This document shows, piece after piece, positions 33,966-42,256 of a stretch of 64,000 nt of DNA. The translations under genes and the position numbers were made by a program. Position 1 is the stretch's first letter; each line of letters begins with the position of its first letter. The stretch is from a virus: positions 1 through 64,000 of IMG/VR virus record IMGVR_UViG_3300042195_000059; one strand, written 5' to 3'. The notes below the pieces were generated by a model. It did not search any database. It had not been told where the DNA came from and saw only the letters and a program-made list of their open reading frames with translations.

Positions 33966-34445
33966 TTAAACCAGAACCTGAAATGCAGCCGCGTCCGCCT
34001 CACGCGTGGCCGTGACTTCTTGGTAAAGAAGGTCGAGGCGCTCGGCTTCCGCGATGCATTCCTCACCCTTTCGGCGCATGAATTTGCGCGCATCATCCAA
34101 AAGGTCAGGTTCGTCGATAAGGCCTTGAATGCTGACGTATTCCTGCGCGCTCTCGACGTAGTATGAAGAGCTGCGGAGTTCTTTCACCAGAAGGCCGAAC
34201 TGCGGTTCTTTCTCAGCGAAGTCGTGTTGGTTCTCATCGCACGCGTTCTGACGCAGAATGCGCGATACGTGACCGATAAACCCACGGCGCAGGATCGAAT
34301 AAGCACCTTCATGGTGCGCCTCTGCGCACGTCCGAGGGAAGACCGCTTCTAGGATTTCGTCGGCAACCTTCGGAGCGTTGTTGCCAACCCGTGATGCCGC
34401 TATGACGATGGCTTCATTGACTTCGCGGAGCTGTTCATTCAGCAT
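33966..34445 (-). CDS. Hypothetical protein
   Basis: Start moved to ATG 34445 (MLNEQLREVNEAIV..). Confidence 0.4.
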   Translation of the reverse strand: MLNEQLREVNEAIVIAASRVGNNAPKVADEILEAVFPRTCAEAHHEGAYSILRRGFIGHVSRILRQNACDENQHDFAEKEPQFGLLVKELRSSSYYVESAQEYVSIQGLIDEPDLLDDARKFMRRKGEECIAEAERLDLLYQEVTATREADAAAFQVLV

Positions 34446-35217
34446 TTGCCGCCTCCAGAATATCGTTGAGGAAGTCGCGGCATTCCGTGATGACAGCAAG
34501 GCTGCGGGCGCGTTCGCCTTCGGATCTGAAGCCGCCGATAATGTACTCAGGCGCATACTCACCCGCACCGTCGAGAAGACGCTGACACGACCCGACGATA
34601 ACGCGGACTGCCTCAGCCTGAGCGCTGGGCTGATACATGGGGTTCTTGCGGCTGACGCTTGTTCCGTTCCCGCCTCGCAAACCTTGAATTGATGCCGCGA
34701 TAATGCCTTGCCGAAGCGCCGCCTTGGACGGTTCCCCGCCGCTCTTTATGCGGTCATTCAGTATGCGCTTCGTTACGCCGGGGTCTGCCTTTTCAGCATC
34801 ACGCAGAGTGCGGGCTTCGTGGATGTCTTTCGATGTCAATCCAAGGTCGCTGACCGAAGGGATATTCTCGTTGGGAATATCCCTCTTGCCCTGACCGCCG
34901 CGTCCTTGGACTTCGCCGCGATCCTGCGCCGCATCGTATTCGTCAGCCAACCGACGTTTCGCGCCAGCCTCGATTTCCAGAGCGTCGGCTTGTGCGCGAT
35001 AGACACGCTGGATAATATCGTCGTGAGCATCCTTCGCCTTGGCGAGGCGCGCCGTCTTCTTCGCCGCGTCATAGGCGAAAGAGGCTATCTCTTTGGCTTC
35101 AAGGATTTCCGCCGATGTCCGTGCGCCAGCCAGCGCTTTCGCGGCCCGGTCTATGAGCACGGGAAGCGACTGCATTTGAATCTGCTGCTCTACGGGCTGG
35201 TCTACAGCGGTCAACAT
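34435..35217 (-). CDS. Hypothetical early protein (260 aa)
   Basis: First large ORF after the Cro-like gene. Helical and charged. Confidence 0.45.
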   Translation of the reverse strand: MLTAVDQPVEQQIQMQSLPVLIDRAAKALAGARTSAEILEAKEIASFAYDAAKKTARLAKAKDAHDDIIQRVYRAQADALEIEAGAKRRLADEYDAAQDRGEVQGRGGQGKRDIPNENIPSVSDLGLTSKDIHEARTLRDAEKADPGVTKRILNDRIKSGGEPSKAALRQGIIAASIQGLRGGNGTSVSRKNPMYQPSAQAEAVRVIVGSCQRLLDGAGEYAPEYIIGGFRSEGERARSLAVITECRDFLNDILEAANAE

Positions 35218-35267
35218 TGCTCAATCCTTGTTTAGGCAAATACTTGGAACGCTGTACTGGGAACTGT

Positions 35268-35537
35268 TCAGGCGGCGGCGCACTCGTAGCCAATCAGTTC
35301 GTCAGCGGACAGGGCAATTCCCCGATCTCTCGCAGCCGTTAGAATTGGCTTGTGGTGTCGCGGCGGGATCATTCCGTCGGTCCCGCCAAACTCACTCCCG
35401 TACATCCACCGATAAACGCGCGATTGGTCTACCCCGCAGATTTCTGCGAGCACTTTCACGCCCGCATCATCTTGATTTGTGAACTTTCTCACAATAGAAG
35501 CAGCAGGCGACAATCTGCGACGGTTCAAATCACTCAT
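35268..35537 (-). CDS. Cro-like HTH regulator
   Basis: Start at ATG 35537 (MSDLNRRRLSPAASIVRKF...LAEICGVDQSRVYRWM..). Divergent from the repressor gene, and the operator lies 9 nt upstream. Confidence 0.55.
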   Translation of the reverse strand: MSDLNRRRLSPAASIVRKFTNQDDAGVKVLAEICGVDQSRVYRWMYGSEFGGTDGMIPPRHHKPILTAARDRGIALSADELIGYECAAA

Positions 35538-35545
35538 GATGGTGT

Positions 35546-35572
35546 TTTGCGTTATTCGCAAAGCCTTGTCAA
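35546..35572 (-). promoter_or_regulatory. Leftward early promoter-operator module
   Basis: The minus strand reads TTGACA (35572-35567), AGGC, then TTTGCGAATAACGCAAA (17-bp palindrome 35546-35562). A weaker half-matching site TTTGCGATTTCGGCAA lies at 35578-35593. Confidence 0.55.
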
Positions 35573-35628
35573 TAGCATTTGCGATTTCGGCAATTTGAAT
35601 AAGGGGAAAGGCATGTCAAAAACGAGCT

Positions 35629-36354
35629 ATGGAAGAGGATCTGTCAGAGTACTACAGGCGTCTGTTCAACGCCGAGCTGGTTGCACAAAACAAGAAGCGC
35701 TCGGAGCTGGCGCGTTATTTGCAGGTCAATCCCTCGCAGATATCCAGGCTGCTTGGCGTGGAGGAAAAAAACAAGGGCAAGGGCCCGCCCATAAAACTCG
35801 CGCAGCTGACGCTCGACAAGGTCGAACAAATTTCGAGATTCCTAGATATTAAAATGTCGCCAGAGATTTTGATTGCCAGAGGAAAGTCTTATGTTAAGTT
35901 TGCTCCCTTTAGAGGCGAACTAGCACACGGCGTATGGCTCGAAAAGATAATGGTGAGACAAAAGCATGTAAGGCAAATCCCTTATTTGCCTGTTGCTGAA
36001 TTTGCACATTTAGAACAGTATGCCTACACGATTATAGACAATCATGCCAAAAGTTTTGCTGAGCAGGACTCTTTCGTAATCTGCGTCGATTATAACAAAG
36101 CCCGCAGCTCTCCCAAAGACGAGGATGTTGTCGTAATTGAGCGGGTCAACACTCTTGCGGGTGGCAAAAGCAATGTCGTGGCGATTGAGCGAACCTTACG
36201 GATCGTCTCGCTACAAGATGACAAGGTTGTTCTCATCCCCCTCACGGATGATCCGGACGTGCAAGAGATCTCATATGATCCCAAAGGCACAGACATCACA
36301 ATAAAAGCCTTAGTCCTCGGCACCTTCAATCTCTCCACCAACATCTCCTTATAA
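35629..36354 (+). CDS. CI-like repressor (N-terminal XRE HTH, C-terminal LexA/S24-like fold)
   Basis: ..KKRSELARYLQVNPSQISRLLG.. HTH. The C-terminal beta-rich domain (..VVVIERVN....RIVSLQDDKVVLIPL..) is S24-like. Lower GC. Flanked by identical operators. Confidence 0.7.
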   Translation: MEEDLSEYYRRLFNAELVAQNKKRSELARYLQVNPSQISRLLGVEEKNKGKGPPIKLAQLTLDKVEQISRFLDIKMSPEILIARGKSYVKFAPFRGELAHGVWLEKIMVRQKHVRQIPYLPVAEFAHLEQYAYTIIDNHAKSFAEQDSFVICVDYNKARSSPKDEDVVVIERVNTLAGGKSNVVAIERTLRIVSLQDDKVVLIPLTDDPDVQEISYDPKGTDITIKALVLGTFNLSTNISL

Positions 36355-36404
36355 ACAGGAAAGACTGCGACTTTTTCGCATCAGACGCAAAGGCTGACGT
36401 TTGA

Positions 36405-36456
36405 TTTGCGAAAAACGCAAAAATTACGATTGACATGCCTTTGCGAATAACGCAAA
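36405..36456 (+). promoter_or_regulatory. Rightward early promoter-operator module (two operators)
   Basis: TTTGCGAAAAACGCAAA (36405-36421); TTGACA (36430-36435), TGCC, then TTTGCGAATAACGCAAA (36440-36456). Nearly identical to the leftward module. Confidence 0.55.
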
Positions 36457-36554
36457 GATGACCCTATCAGCCGCCCCAATGGCTGAACTCTACCAAACCC
36501 CGGCGTTGCCCATAAAGCTTCGCCGGGTCCAAAGAGCAAAAGGATCAAGGGAAT

Positions 36555-36824
36555 ATGAAACCAGTCTTAATCACAACTCAGCATCGCGGCGTCTTCGCCG
36601 GTCTGGTCGAAGACGATCAGGACATCAACGCACGCTCCATGCCGCTGAAAGCAGCGAAGATGGCTATCTACTGGGGCACGACGCGCGGCGTCATGGAACT
36701 GGCACAGTCCGGCCCCACCGGTAAGAGCCGCATTAGTCTTCCCGCTGACATTCCGGCCTTACACGACATTACAGCCGTTTTCGAAATCTCCCCGGAAGCT
36801 TGGGCCAAGTGGCTGGAGGCTTGA
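36555..36824 (+). CDS. Hypothetical immediate-early protein
   Basis: 89-aa ORF, first gene of the rightward operon. Confidence 0.45.
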   Translation: MKPVLITTQHRGVFAGLVEDDQDINARSMPLKAAKMAIYWGTTRGVMELAQSGPTGKSRISLPADIPALHDITAVFEISPEAWAKWLEA

Positions 36825-36828
36825 TCCA

Positions 36829-37251
36829 ATGGATGACCTCCTAATCACGCGCGATGACCTCATTAAGGGCGGCCTTTGCATGGAAGGCGTGAATGAGGTC
36901 ATCAGCAGGGTTTGGCCAATCGCTGCGGCGATGCCGATCAGCGCCATTCTGCCAAGCCTCGACGAAGACGAGAAAGACCAGATGCTAACCGCCGTCAAGG
37001 CGGACGGCTACGGCAACGGCAACGGCAACGGCGACGGCTCCGGCTACGGCTCCGGCGACGGCTACGGCAACGGCAACGGCAACGGCGACGGCTACGGCTA
37101 CGGCTACGGCAACGGCGACGGCGACGGCTACGGCTACGGCTACGGCTACGGCTACGGCAACGGCGACGGCTCCGGCTACGGCTCCGGCGACGGCTACGGC
37201 AACGGCAACGGCAACGGCGACGGCGACGGCTACGGCTACGGCTACGATTAG
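36829..37251 (+). CDS. Gly-Tyr/Gly-Asn/Gly-Asp dipeptide-repeat protein
   Basis: A 59-aa unique N-domain is followed by 40 consecutive G-X dipeptides (X = Y, N, D, S). Confidence 0.55.
   Translation: MDDLLITRDDLIKGGLCMEGVNEVISRVWPIAAAMPISAILPSLDEDEKDQMLTAVKADGYGNGNGNGDGSGYGSGDGYGNGNGNGDGYGYGYGNGDGDGYGYGYGYGYGNGDGSGYGSGDGYGNGNGNGDGDGYGYGYD
37006..37245 (+). repeat. 40 tandem GGC-NNC hexanucleotide units
   Basis: GGCTAC/GGCAAC/GGCGAC/GGCTCC units only. Open in other frames on both strands (shadow ORF 36912-37361). Confidence 0.9.
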
Positions 37252-37304
37252 TCTATTTCACCAAACTCTCTGCCTCCTCCCTCAGTAATGGAAGAGAGCA
37301 ACTA

Positions 37305-37348
37305 AGCCCCAGCCGCACAGCCAAACCAACTAAGGCTGGGGCTTTTTT
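37305..37348 (+). terminator. Rho-independent terminator
   Basis: AGCCCCAGCC (37305-37314), a 19-nt loop, GGCTGGGGCT (37334-37343), then TTTTTT. Confidence 0.8.
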
Positions 37349-37365
37349 CAAAGAAGGTTGAGATC

Positions 37366-37887
37366 ATGATTTTCAATTCTGCCCCCAGCGATGAGCGTCA
37401 CCACTTTAGCTCCGGCGACACTAGTGCCCGTTGCCGTTATGCGGGGGCGGAAGCGCGTCAGTCGTCACGACATATAGCCCAGAGGCGGCTGACGCGCAGC
37501 TATTGGCTGGCGGTAACGCTCGGAACGGTTCTGGCGATCCTGATGCTGCTGTTCGCCCTCACATCCATCTATTTCAATTACACGCCGATCGGCATTTTCT
37601 ACACGGTCGTCGTGGGCAACATCGTCTTCATACTGAAGGTGCTTCAAACATTCCGCAAGCACTACGAGGCGGCGAACAAGACCTGCTGCCTTCAAGCGGA
37701 GGTCATCGAGAAACTCGGTCAAGACAACATCGATCTCCAGCATGACGTTGAATACTGGAAAGCAATTTCCTTCACCAAGCGGGGTGGACTGACGGTGGTG
37801 GGGGAAGCGGCGGCGGGGCAATCCCGTTCGGAAAATCAGGAGGGCTCCGCCGCCGTTGTTCCTTTCAAGACAGATGGAGCGGCGTGA
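37366..37887 (+). CDS. Membrane protein (two TM helices)
   Basis: ..YWLAVTLGTVLAILMLLFALTSIYF..IGIFYTVVVGNIVFILKVL.. Confidence 0.45.
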   Translation: MIFNSAPSDERHHFSSGDTSARCRYAGAEARQSSRHIAQRRLTRSYWLAVTLGTVLAILMLLFALTSIYFNYTPIGIFYTVVVGNIVFILKVLQTFRKHYEAANKTCCLQAEVIEKLGQDNIDLQHDVEYWKAISFTKRGGLTVVGEAAAGQSRSENQEGSAAVVPFKTDGAA

Positions 37888-38135
37888 TGAAACTGCGCAA
37901 GAGCTTCTACGAGGTAGCCGAAGCAGACCCAGCAATGGCGACGGCCATGTTCCACGCAGCGCTTAAGCGCTTGGGCGGAAGCTTGTGCCTCACGCAAGAA
38001 GAGCTTGAAGCCTACGAGGGCGTCGGGTCCGCCAAAGCGCTTGTCGCGGGTGAAATGACCGAAGAGCCGGATATTGCCCATGTGGAATGGACTGCCGCCG
38101 TTTTCCAATTCACCAAGCCAGAGGGAGCCGCGTAG
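37884..38135 (+). CDS. Hypothetical protein
   Basis: 83-aa ORF with a 4-nt overlap upstream. Confidence 0.4.
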   Translation: MMKLRKSFYEVAEADPAMATAMFHAALKRLGGSLCLTQEELEAYEGVGSAKALVAGEMTEEPDIAHVEWTAAVFQFTKPEGAA

Positions 38136-38137
38136 TC

Positions 38138-38422
38138 ATGAGCAAGCTTGTCACATGCGCAGTCAGCCACCTTCCTGCCGGTCATCCGAACGCTTGCGGC
38201 GATTGCGATCCCTGCATCGTGCACGACCGCCCGAAGCAGCTCGAAGCGCTCTATGTGGACTGGGAGCGCATGTACTGGAACATCAAATCTCTCATGAGCT
38301 CCGCACAAGCCGCAAGCTATGCGCTGAAAAGCTACGAGTACGGTAATTCGTCACCGGAGCTTGCACAAGAGGTGATCGTGGCGCTTGAAGCAGATCTAGC
38401 CAAAGCAAGAGGCGCACAATGA
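38138..38422 (+). CDS. Hypothetical Cys-rich protein
   Basis: ATG 38138 lies after GAGGGAG (38121-38127). Confidence 0.4.
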   Translation: MSKLVTCAVSHLPAGHPNACGDCDPCIVHDRPKQLEALYVDWERMYWNIKSLMSSAQAASYALKSYEYGNSSPELAQEVIVALEADLAKARGAQ

Positions 38423-38754
38423 CCCCATCCGTAGAAGCCTACATCTCTCTCGACGGCACCGGCTACACGATCAGCGACAAGGGCGGAATGTTCCCCTGCG
38501 ATCTGTACGCGGATATCGCGCCGGGAATGATGCCGGGAGATTTCGAGATCACCGCCATTTATGTCGGCTCTGAACACGTCAGTTTCAAGGAACGCCTTAC
38601 CGGAGATCGTCACGACGAAGCCGCTCTCATTCTGATCAAGGATCACGACTGGCTTGAATGGGCGGAAGAACAAGGCGGCGTTGATGCTGATTGTCGGCGT
38701 CCTGCTGGCGGCGATGTTGGTTCAACGCATGTCGATGCGGGGGCACAGATATGA
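38419..38754 (+). CDS. Hypothetical protein
   Basis: 111-aa ORF. Confidence 0.4.
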   Translation: MTPSVEAYISLDGTGYTISDKGGMFPCDLYADIAPGMMPGDFEITAIYVGSEHVSFKERLTGDRHDEAALILIKDHDWLEWAEEQGGVDADCRRPAGGDVGSTHVDAGAQI

Positions 38755-39002
38755 CCGTTGAAGACAGGGTGAAGCGGGTAATCGGAAGCCATTTCGATCT
38801 CGATCCGGACATGATCAAGGTCACTTCTGAACTCGAAGTTCTTGGCGCGGATAGTCTCGACCTCATCGAACTGCTCATGGCCCTTGAGGAAGAATTCAGA
38901 GTTGAACTGCCAGACAATGACGAGATCTGCCACATCGCGACAGTGAAAGACGTGGTGAGGATGGTCAAGGATCATCTCTCCCATCAGGGAGTAACAGCAT
39001 GA
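38751..39002 (+). CDS. Acyl carrier protein-like (phosphopantetheine-binding)
   Basis: MTVEDRVKRVIGSHFDLDPDMIKVTSELEVLGADSLDLIELLMALEEEFRVELPD.. carries the canonical DSL serine motif and has ACP length. Confidence 0.7.
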   Translation: MTVEDRVKRVIGSHFDLDPDMIKVTSELEVLGADSLDLIELLMALEEEFRVELPDNDEICHIATVKDVVRMVKDHLSHQGVTA

Positions 39003-39226
39003 CCTCAGACCGCGAACGCAAGCTCAAATTCATCGCCGAAGCTGGCTTCACCGATTTCCGCAAGAGCGTCATCGAAATGCTCTCAAGGCGCGGCCCCGAT
39101 TGGCTCACAGACGATCAGATCGATGATCTTTACAGGGCAGAAGCCGCTGCCTGGGAACGGGCGCAGAGGCGGAATGCAGAGAACCGTGAACTTGCAGCCA
39201 GCGCCAAGCACGGGAGAGCGGCATGA
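38999..39226 (+). CDS. Hypothetical protein
   Basis: 75-aa ORF. Confidence 0.4.
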   Translation: MTSDRERKLKFIAEAGFTDFRKSVIEMLSRRGPDWLTDDQIDDLYRAEAAAWERAQRRNAENRELAASAKHGRAA

Positions 39227-39342
39227 GCGACATCCTCCACTTTCTCAATCTCCGCGAAGCCTACCGTACCGGGATAATAGACCGCGCTGAATTTGTCCGC
39301 CGGTTTAACGAGGCGATGAAAGAGGCTGCAAATGACAAATGA
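39223..39342 (+). CDS. Small hypothetical protein (39 aa, below cutoff)
   Basis: My translation is MSDILHFLNLREAYRTGIIDRAEFVRRFNEAMKEAANDK. ATGA overlap upstream. Confidence 0.3.
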   Translation: MSDILHFLNLREAYRTGIIDRAEFVRRFNEAMKEAANDK

Positions 39343-39565
39343 TCTGAACCTTTTCGAACGCCCCGCAGAGATTTGCTACTGCGTCGGCAATGGCGCTGCG
39401 ACTTGTGCGCCATGCCGGGAACGTCGCGCGGGCAAAACCGCACAAAGCGAAGTCGTGCAGGCTGACACCTCGAAGCATCCCTTTCAGTGGCTACTGGATG
39501 CGTTGCCGGAGGCGGGAAAAGCAACCACCGACGATAACAATACCTGCTGGAGCAATGGCCAATAG
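39332..39565 (+). CDS. Hypothetical Cys-rich protein
   Basis: 77-aa ORF. Confidence 0.35.
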   Translation: MTNDLNLFERPAEICYCVGNGAATCAPCRERRAGKTAQSEVVQADTSKHPFQWLLDALPEAGKATTDDNNTCWSNGQ

Positions 39566-39773
39566 CGGAAACTGCGATTACGAATGCAGCGTTTTTCTCG
39601 CTGGCCGCTGTGATGCTCAGGCCGACGCAGCAGAACACTTTGTTTATGAGGCAGAAGGCCGTGAATGGGCGATGACGCGCATTGAAGAAGATGCTGACGA
39701 GGAAGTCTATTCTTCCGTCAAAGCCATGATTGACGATCAGCGCGCGAAGGATGGAGGCTCTGATGCAGTCTAA
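39555..39773 (+). CDS. Hypothetical acidic protein
   Basis: Internal ATG 39555 (MANSGNCDYEC..). Confidence 0.35.
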   Translation: MANSGNCDYECSVFLAGRCDAQADAAEHFVYEAEGREWAMTRIEEDADEEVYSSVKAMIDDQRAKDGGSDAV

Positions 39774-40074
39774 GACCATCAATTTCCGCGACCTGCCGCC
39801 AGACGAGCGGAAAGAGCTTATCGCAGCGCTTGAGAGCGATGTTGCAACCCTGCGATACGTCGCCGGGGACCGCATAGAAGACCTATGTGAAACCGTACAG
39901 GACGCTGTTCGCGAAGTCATAGAGGAATGCCGCCAGCGTGGCAAGCGCTGCGCCCGTGAGCATGAAGATCTGAGAATTTCCGTCTACGCCTATCTGCATC
40001 AATCAGGCGACGGAATTTGCTGGGGAATTGATGGCTGTACGGGCGTCAATACAAAGCGGGGGATCGTGGAATGA
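39763..40074 (+). CDS. Hypothetical protein
   Basis: ATG 39763 lies after GGAGG (39753-39757). Confidence 0.4.
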   Translation: MQSKTINFRDLPPDERKELIAALESDVATLRYVAGDRIEDLCETVQDAVREVIEECRQRGKRCAREHEDLRISVYAYLHQSGDGICWGIDGCTGVNTKRGIVE

Positions 40075-40256
40075 CCTGGGAAGAGCGCTGCAAAGCCGTG
40101 CCCCTCGGCACGAAGGCCCCAGCCATTGGCGGAGGCTACTGGATCAAAACCGATCGCGGATGGAAATGGCACAACGGAGCTACCTTTCCTTGTCCAGGAG
40201 GGGATTGGACCGGGGAATTGATTGAACCCGCGAAGAAGGAAGAGGACGGGAAATGA
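40071..40256 (+). CDS. Hypothetical protein
   Basis: 61-aa ORF. Confidence 0.4.
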   Translation: MTWEERCKAVPLGTKAPAIGGGYWIKTDRGWKWHNGATFPCPGGDWTGELIEPAKKEEDGK

Positions 40257-40756
40257 CCACAATTCGCGACCTTGCCAGAGAAACAGAAGCCGCCCGCGCC
40301 CTCCGCGCGAACCTGGCTGACATTATTCAGGATGAAGACGACGCCCGTGATTTTGTCGAAGGCGAAACCAACCTTCTGGAAGCCATTGAGCTTGCCGTCA
40401 AGCAGACCGGTGAAGACGAGGCCGCTATCGAAGCGATCGACAATTACGTCGCCAAGCTTAAGGGCCGGAAGGATCGTCTCAAGAGCCGCTTGGAGGCCAC
40501 ACGCACCGCTATTGCCGTTGCGATGAACCAAGCCAGCCAGAAGAAGATGGAGACGCCTTACGGCACCGTGACGCGGAAGTACACCATCAAGACCGCGATC
40601 ATCACCGATGAAACCAGCATACCCACACATTACTGGAAACCGCAAGACCCGAAGCTGGACAAGGCGAAGCTCGCTTCCGACATGCGTGCCGGCCAACGGA
40701 TCGAAGGCGCAACGCTGTCCAACGGCGGCGAAACTGTAGCGATTAAGAGGGGCTGA
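40253..40756 (+). CDS. Siphovirus Gp157-like protein
   Basis: 167 aa. Helical N-half and C-terminal ..ITDETSIPTHYWKPQDPKLDKAKLASDMRAGQRIEGATL.. resemble the Gp157 family. Located directly upstream of recT. Confidence 0.55.
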   Translation: MTTIRDLARETEAARALRANLADIIQDEDDARDFVEGETNLLEAIELAVKQTGEDEAAIEAIDNYVAKLKGRKDRLKSRLEATRTAIAVAMNQASQKKMETPYGTVTRKYTIKTAIITDETSIPTHYWKPQDPKLDKAKLASDMRAGQRIEGATLSNGGETVAIKRG

Positions 40757-40758
40757 CC

Positions 40759-41742
40759 ATGAACGCACTCGTCAGATTTGATCCGAAACAAGTTGCTCTC
40801 ATCAAGCAGACAGTCGCCAAAGACGCTGACGATGACGAGTTCAATCTCTTTGTCGAGATGTGCAAGGCGCGCGGACTCAATCCACTGACGCGGCAAATCT
40901 TCTGCCAGATATACAACAAAGACAATCCAGCCAAGCGTCAGATGGTCATCGTCGTGTCTCGCGAGGGGCAGCGCTCCATTGCCGAGCGCACCGGTTCCTA
41001 TCGCCCCGACGAACAGCCAACCCGATTTGTAACATGCGAGAAGGTGCCAGCATCAAACCCTGCCGGTCTCGTCAGTGCAGAAGTGGCAGTCTACAAATAC
41101 GCGAAAGACGGATGGTATCCGGTTCCCGCCGTTGTCTATTGGGAAGAATTCGCTCCCTTGATTGAAGCGGCTGAGGATGAGCGTTGGGAAGAGACGGGCG
41201 AAGTCTGGCCTGACACAGGGAAGCCCAAAAAGAAGAAAATTACCAGCGGCGAAATCATCACCAAGCTTGATCCGTCAAAACAGAACTGGCGCAAAATGCC
41301 TCGCCTGATGCTGGAAAAGTGCGCGGAAATGGCTGCGTTGCGCAAGGCATTTCCTGACGATTTCGGCGGGCTGTATGGCGAAGAGGAAATGGATCGGGGT
41401 GACATCATAGATCTGACGCCAACTGAGATGGCCGAGAAATCCGCGCGCGAAGATCGCCTCGCCAAGATAGGCGGTCCTGATACCTACATCATCGATTGGC
41501 TTGACGGCAACGAGCTTCAAAACGTGCCCGGCGGTAAGTTCGCCGATCAGGTCATGGCCTTCATCACGAGCTGCAAAGACGAACCGAGCGCCATCCGCAC
41601 ATGGAAAGATCGCAATAAGCATAGTTTCCGCCAGTTTTGGGCAGCGCACAAGGGCGAAGCGCTTGAACTAAACAAAGCCCTTGAGGCTGCAAGTCAGCCC
41701 GTCACCGCCGGTCATGACCCTATAGGGGAGGAAGCGGCGTAA
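40759..41742 (+). CDS. recT: RecT/Bet-family single-strand annealing recombinase
   Basis: ..DDEFNLFVEMCKARGLNPLTRQIFCQIY....VSREGQRSIAERTGSY.. matches the RecT/Bet signature. Confidence 0.8.
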   Translation: MNALVRFDPKQVALIKQTVAKDADDDEFNLFVEMCKARGLNPLTRQIFCQIYNKDNPAKRQMVIVVSREGQRSIAERTGSYRPDEQPTRFVTCEKVPASNPAGLVSAEVAVYKYAKDGWYPVPAVVYWEEFAPLIEAAEDERWEETGEVWPDTGKPKKKKITSGEIITKLDPSKQNWRKMPRLMLEKCAEMAALRKAFPDDFGGLYGEEEMDRGDIIDLTPTEMAEKSAREDRLAKIGGPDTYIIDWLDGNELQNVPGGKFADQVMAFITSCKDEPSAIRTWKDRNKHSFRQFWAAHKGEALELNKALEAASQPVTAGHDPIGEEAA

Positions 41743-42008
41743 TGGCAGAGTACAATCAGCAATTCGACAGCTTTACGGAATGGGAGTGCAAGGCCCGCTC
41801 CTGGCTGACGCGCCGGCAGCGCTTCGATTCAAGCGGCCACCCGTACAACCGCGCCGTCTGCTTCGATATGAAGGGGCGACTTGTCCAGAACGGCGGCGAC
41901 TTCATGCGCGCGCGGGATGATGGATCGTTCCCTGTCCGCTGGCTATGGCCGGATCAAATCGCAGAGATCGGAAATCAGCACCCGTTCTTTCAGGATGAAG
42001 CGGCATGA
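41742..42008 (+). CDS. Hypothetical protein
   Basis: 88-aa ORF. Confidence 0.4.
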   Translation: MAEYNQQFDSFTEWECKARSWLTRRQRFDSSGHPYNRAVCFDMKGRLVQNGGDFMRARDDGSFPVRWLWPDQIAEIGNQHPFFQDEAA

Positions 42009-42256
42009 GCGACCGGCAGGACTGGCTGACATTTCGCGACATGCTCAGAGGCTACCGCAAGGATGTCGGCATGACGCAGGCAAAGTTCGGCGAGGCTATC
42101 GGCTATTCCACGGCCTACGTGTGCGACATCGAGCTAGGGCATCGGAAGCCGTCAGTCCAGTTCGTCGAAAATTTCACCAGCAGGATGAGCATGCCGGAAG
42201 GCGAAGCCACAATCTGGCACAGGCTCGGCGCGAAAGCAAACGGGTGGAAGATATGA
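42005..42256 (+). CDS. XRE-family HTH protein
   Basis: ..GMTQAKFGEAIGYSTAYVCDIELGHRKPS.. Confidence 0.55.
   Translation: MSDRQDWLTFRDMLRGYRKDVGMTQAKFGEAIGYSTAYVCDIELGHRKPSVQFVENFTSRMSMPEGEATIWHRLGAKANGWKI

Noticed and set aside
36458-36724. 88-aa plus-strand ORF starting right at the rightward promoter
   Set aside because: The translation is Arg-rich and non-protein-like, and it overlaps the better 36555-36824 ORF out of frame.
36912-37361. 149-aa ORF reading the hexamer array as (RRL/RQR)n
   Set aside because: This is an alternative frame of the GGC-NNC repeat. It runs through the terminator stem. The Gly-X frame has a proper N-domain, a start 5 nt after the upstream stop, and a stop before the terminator.
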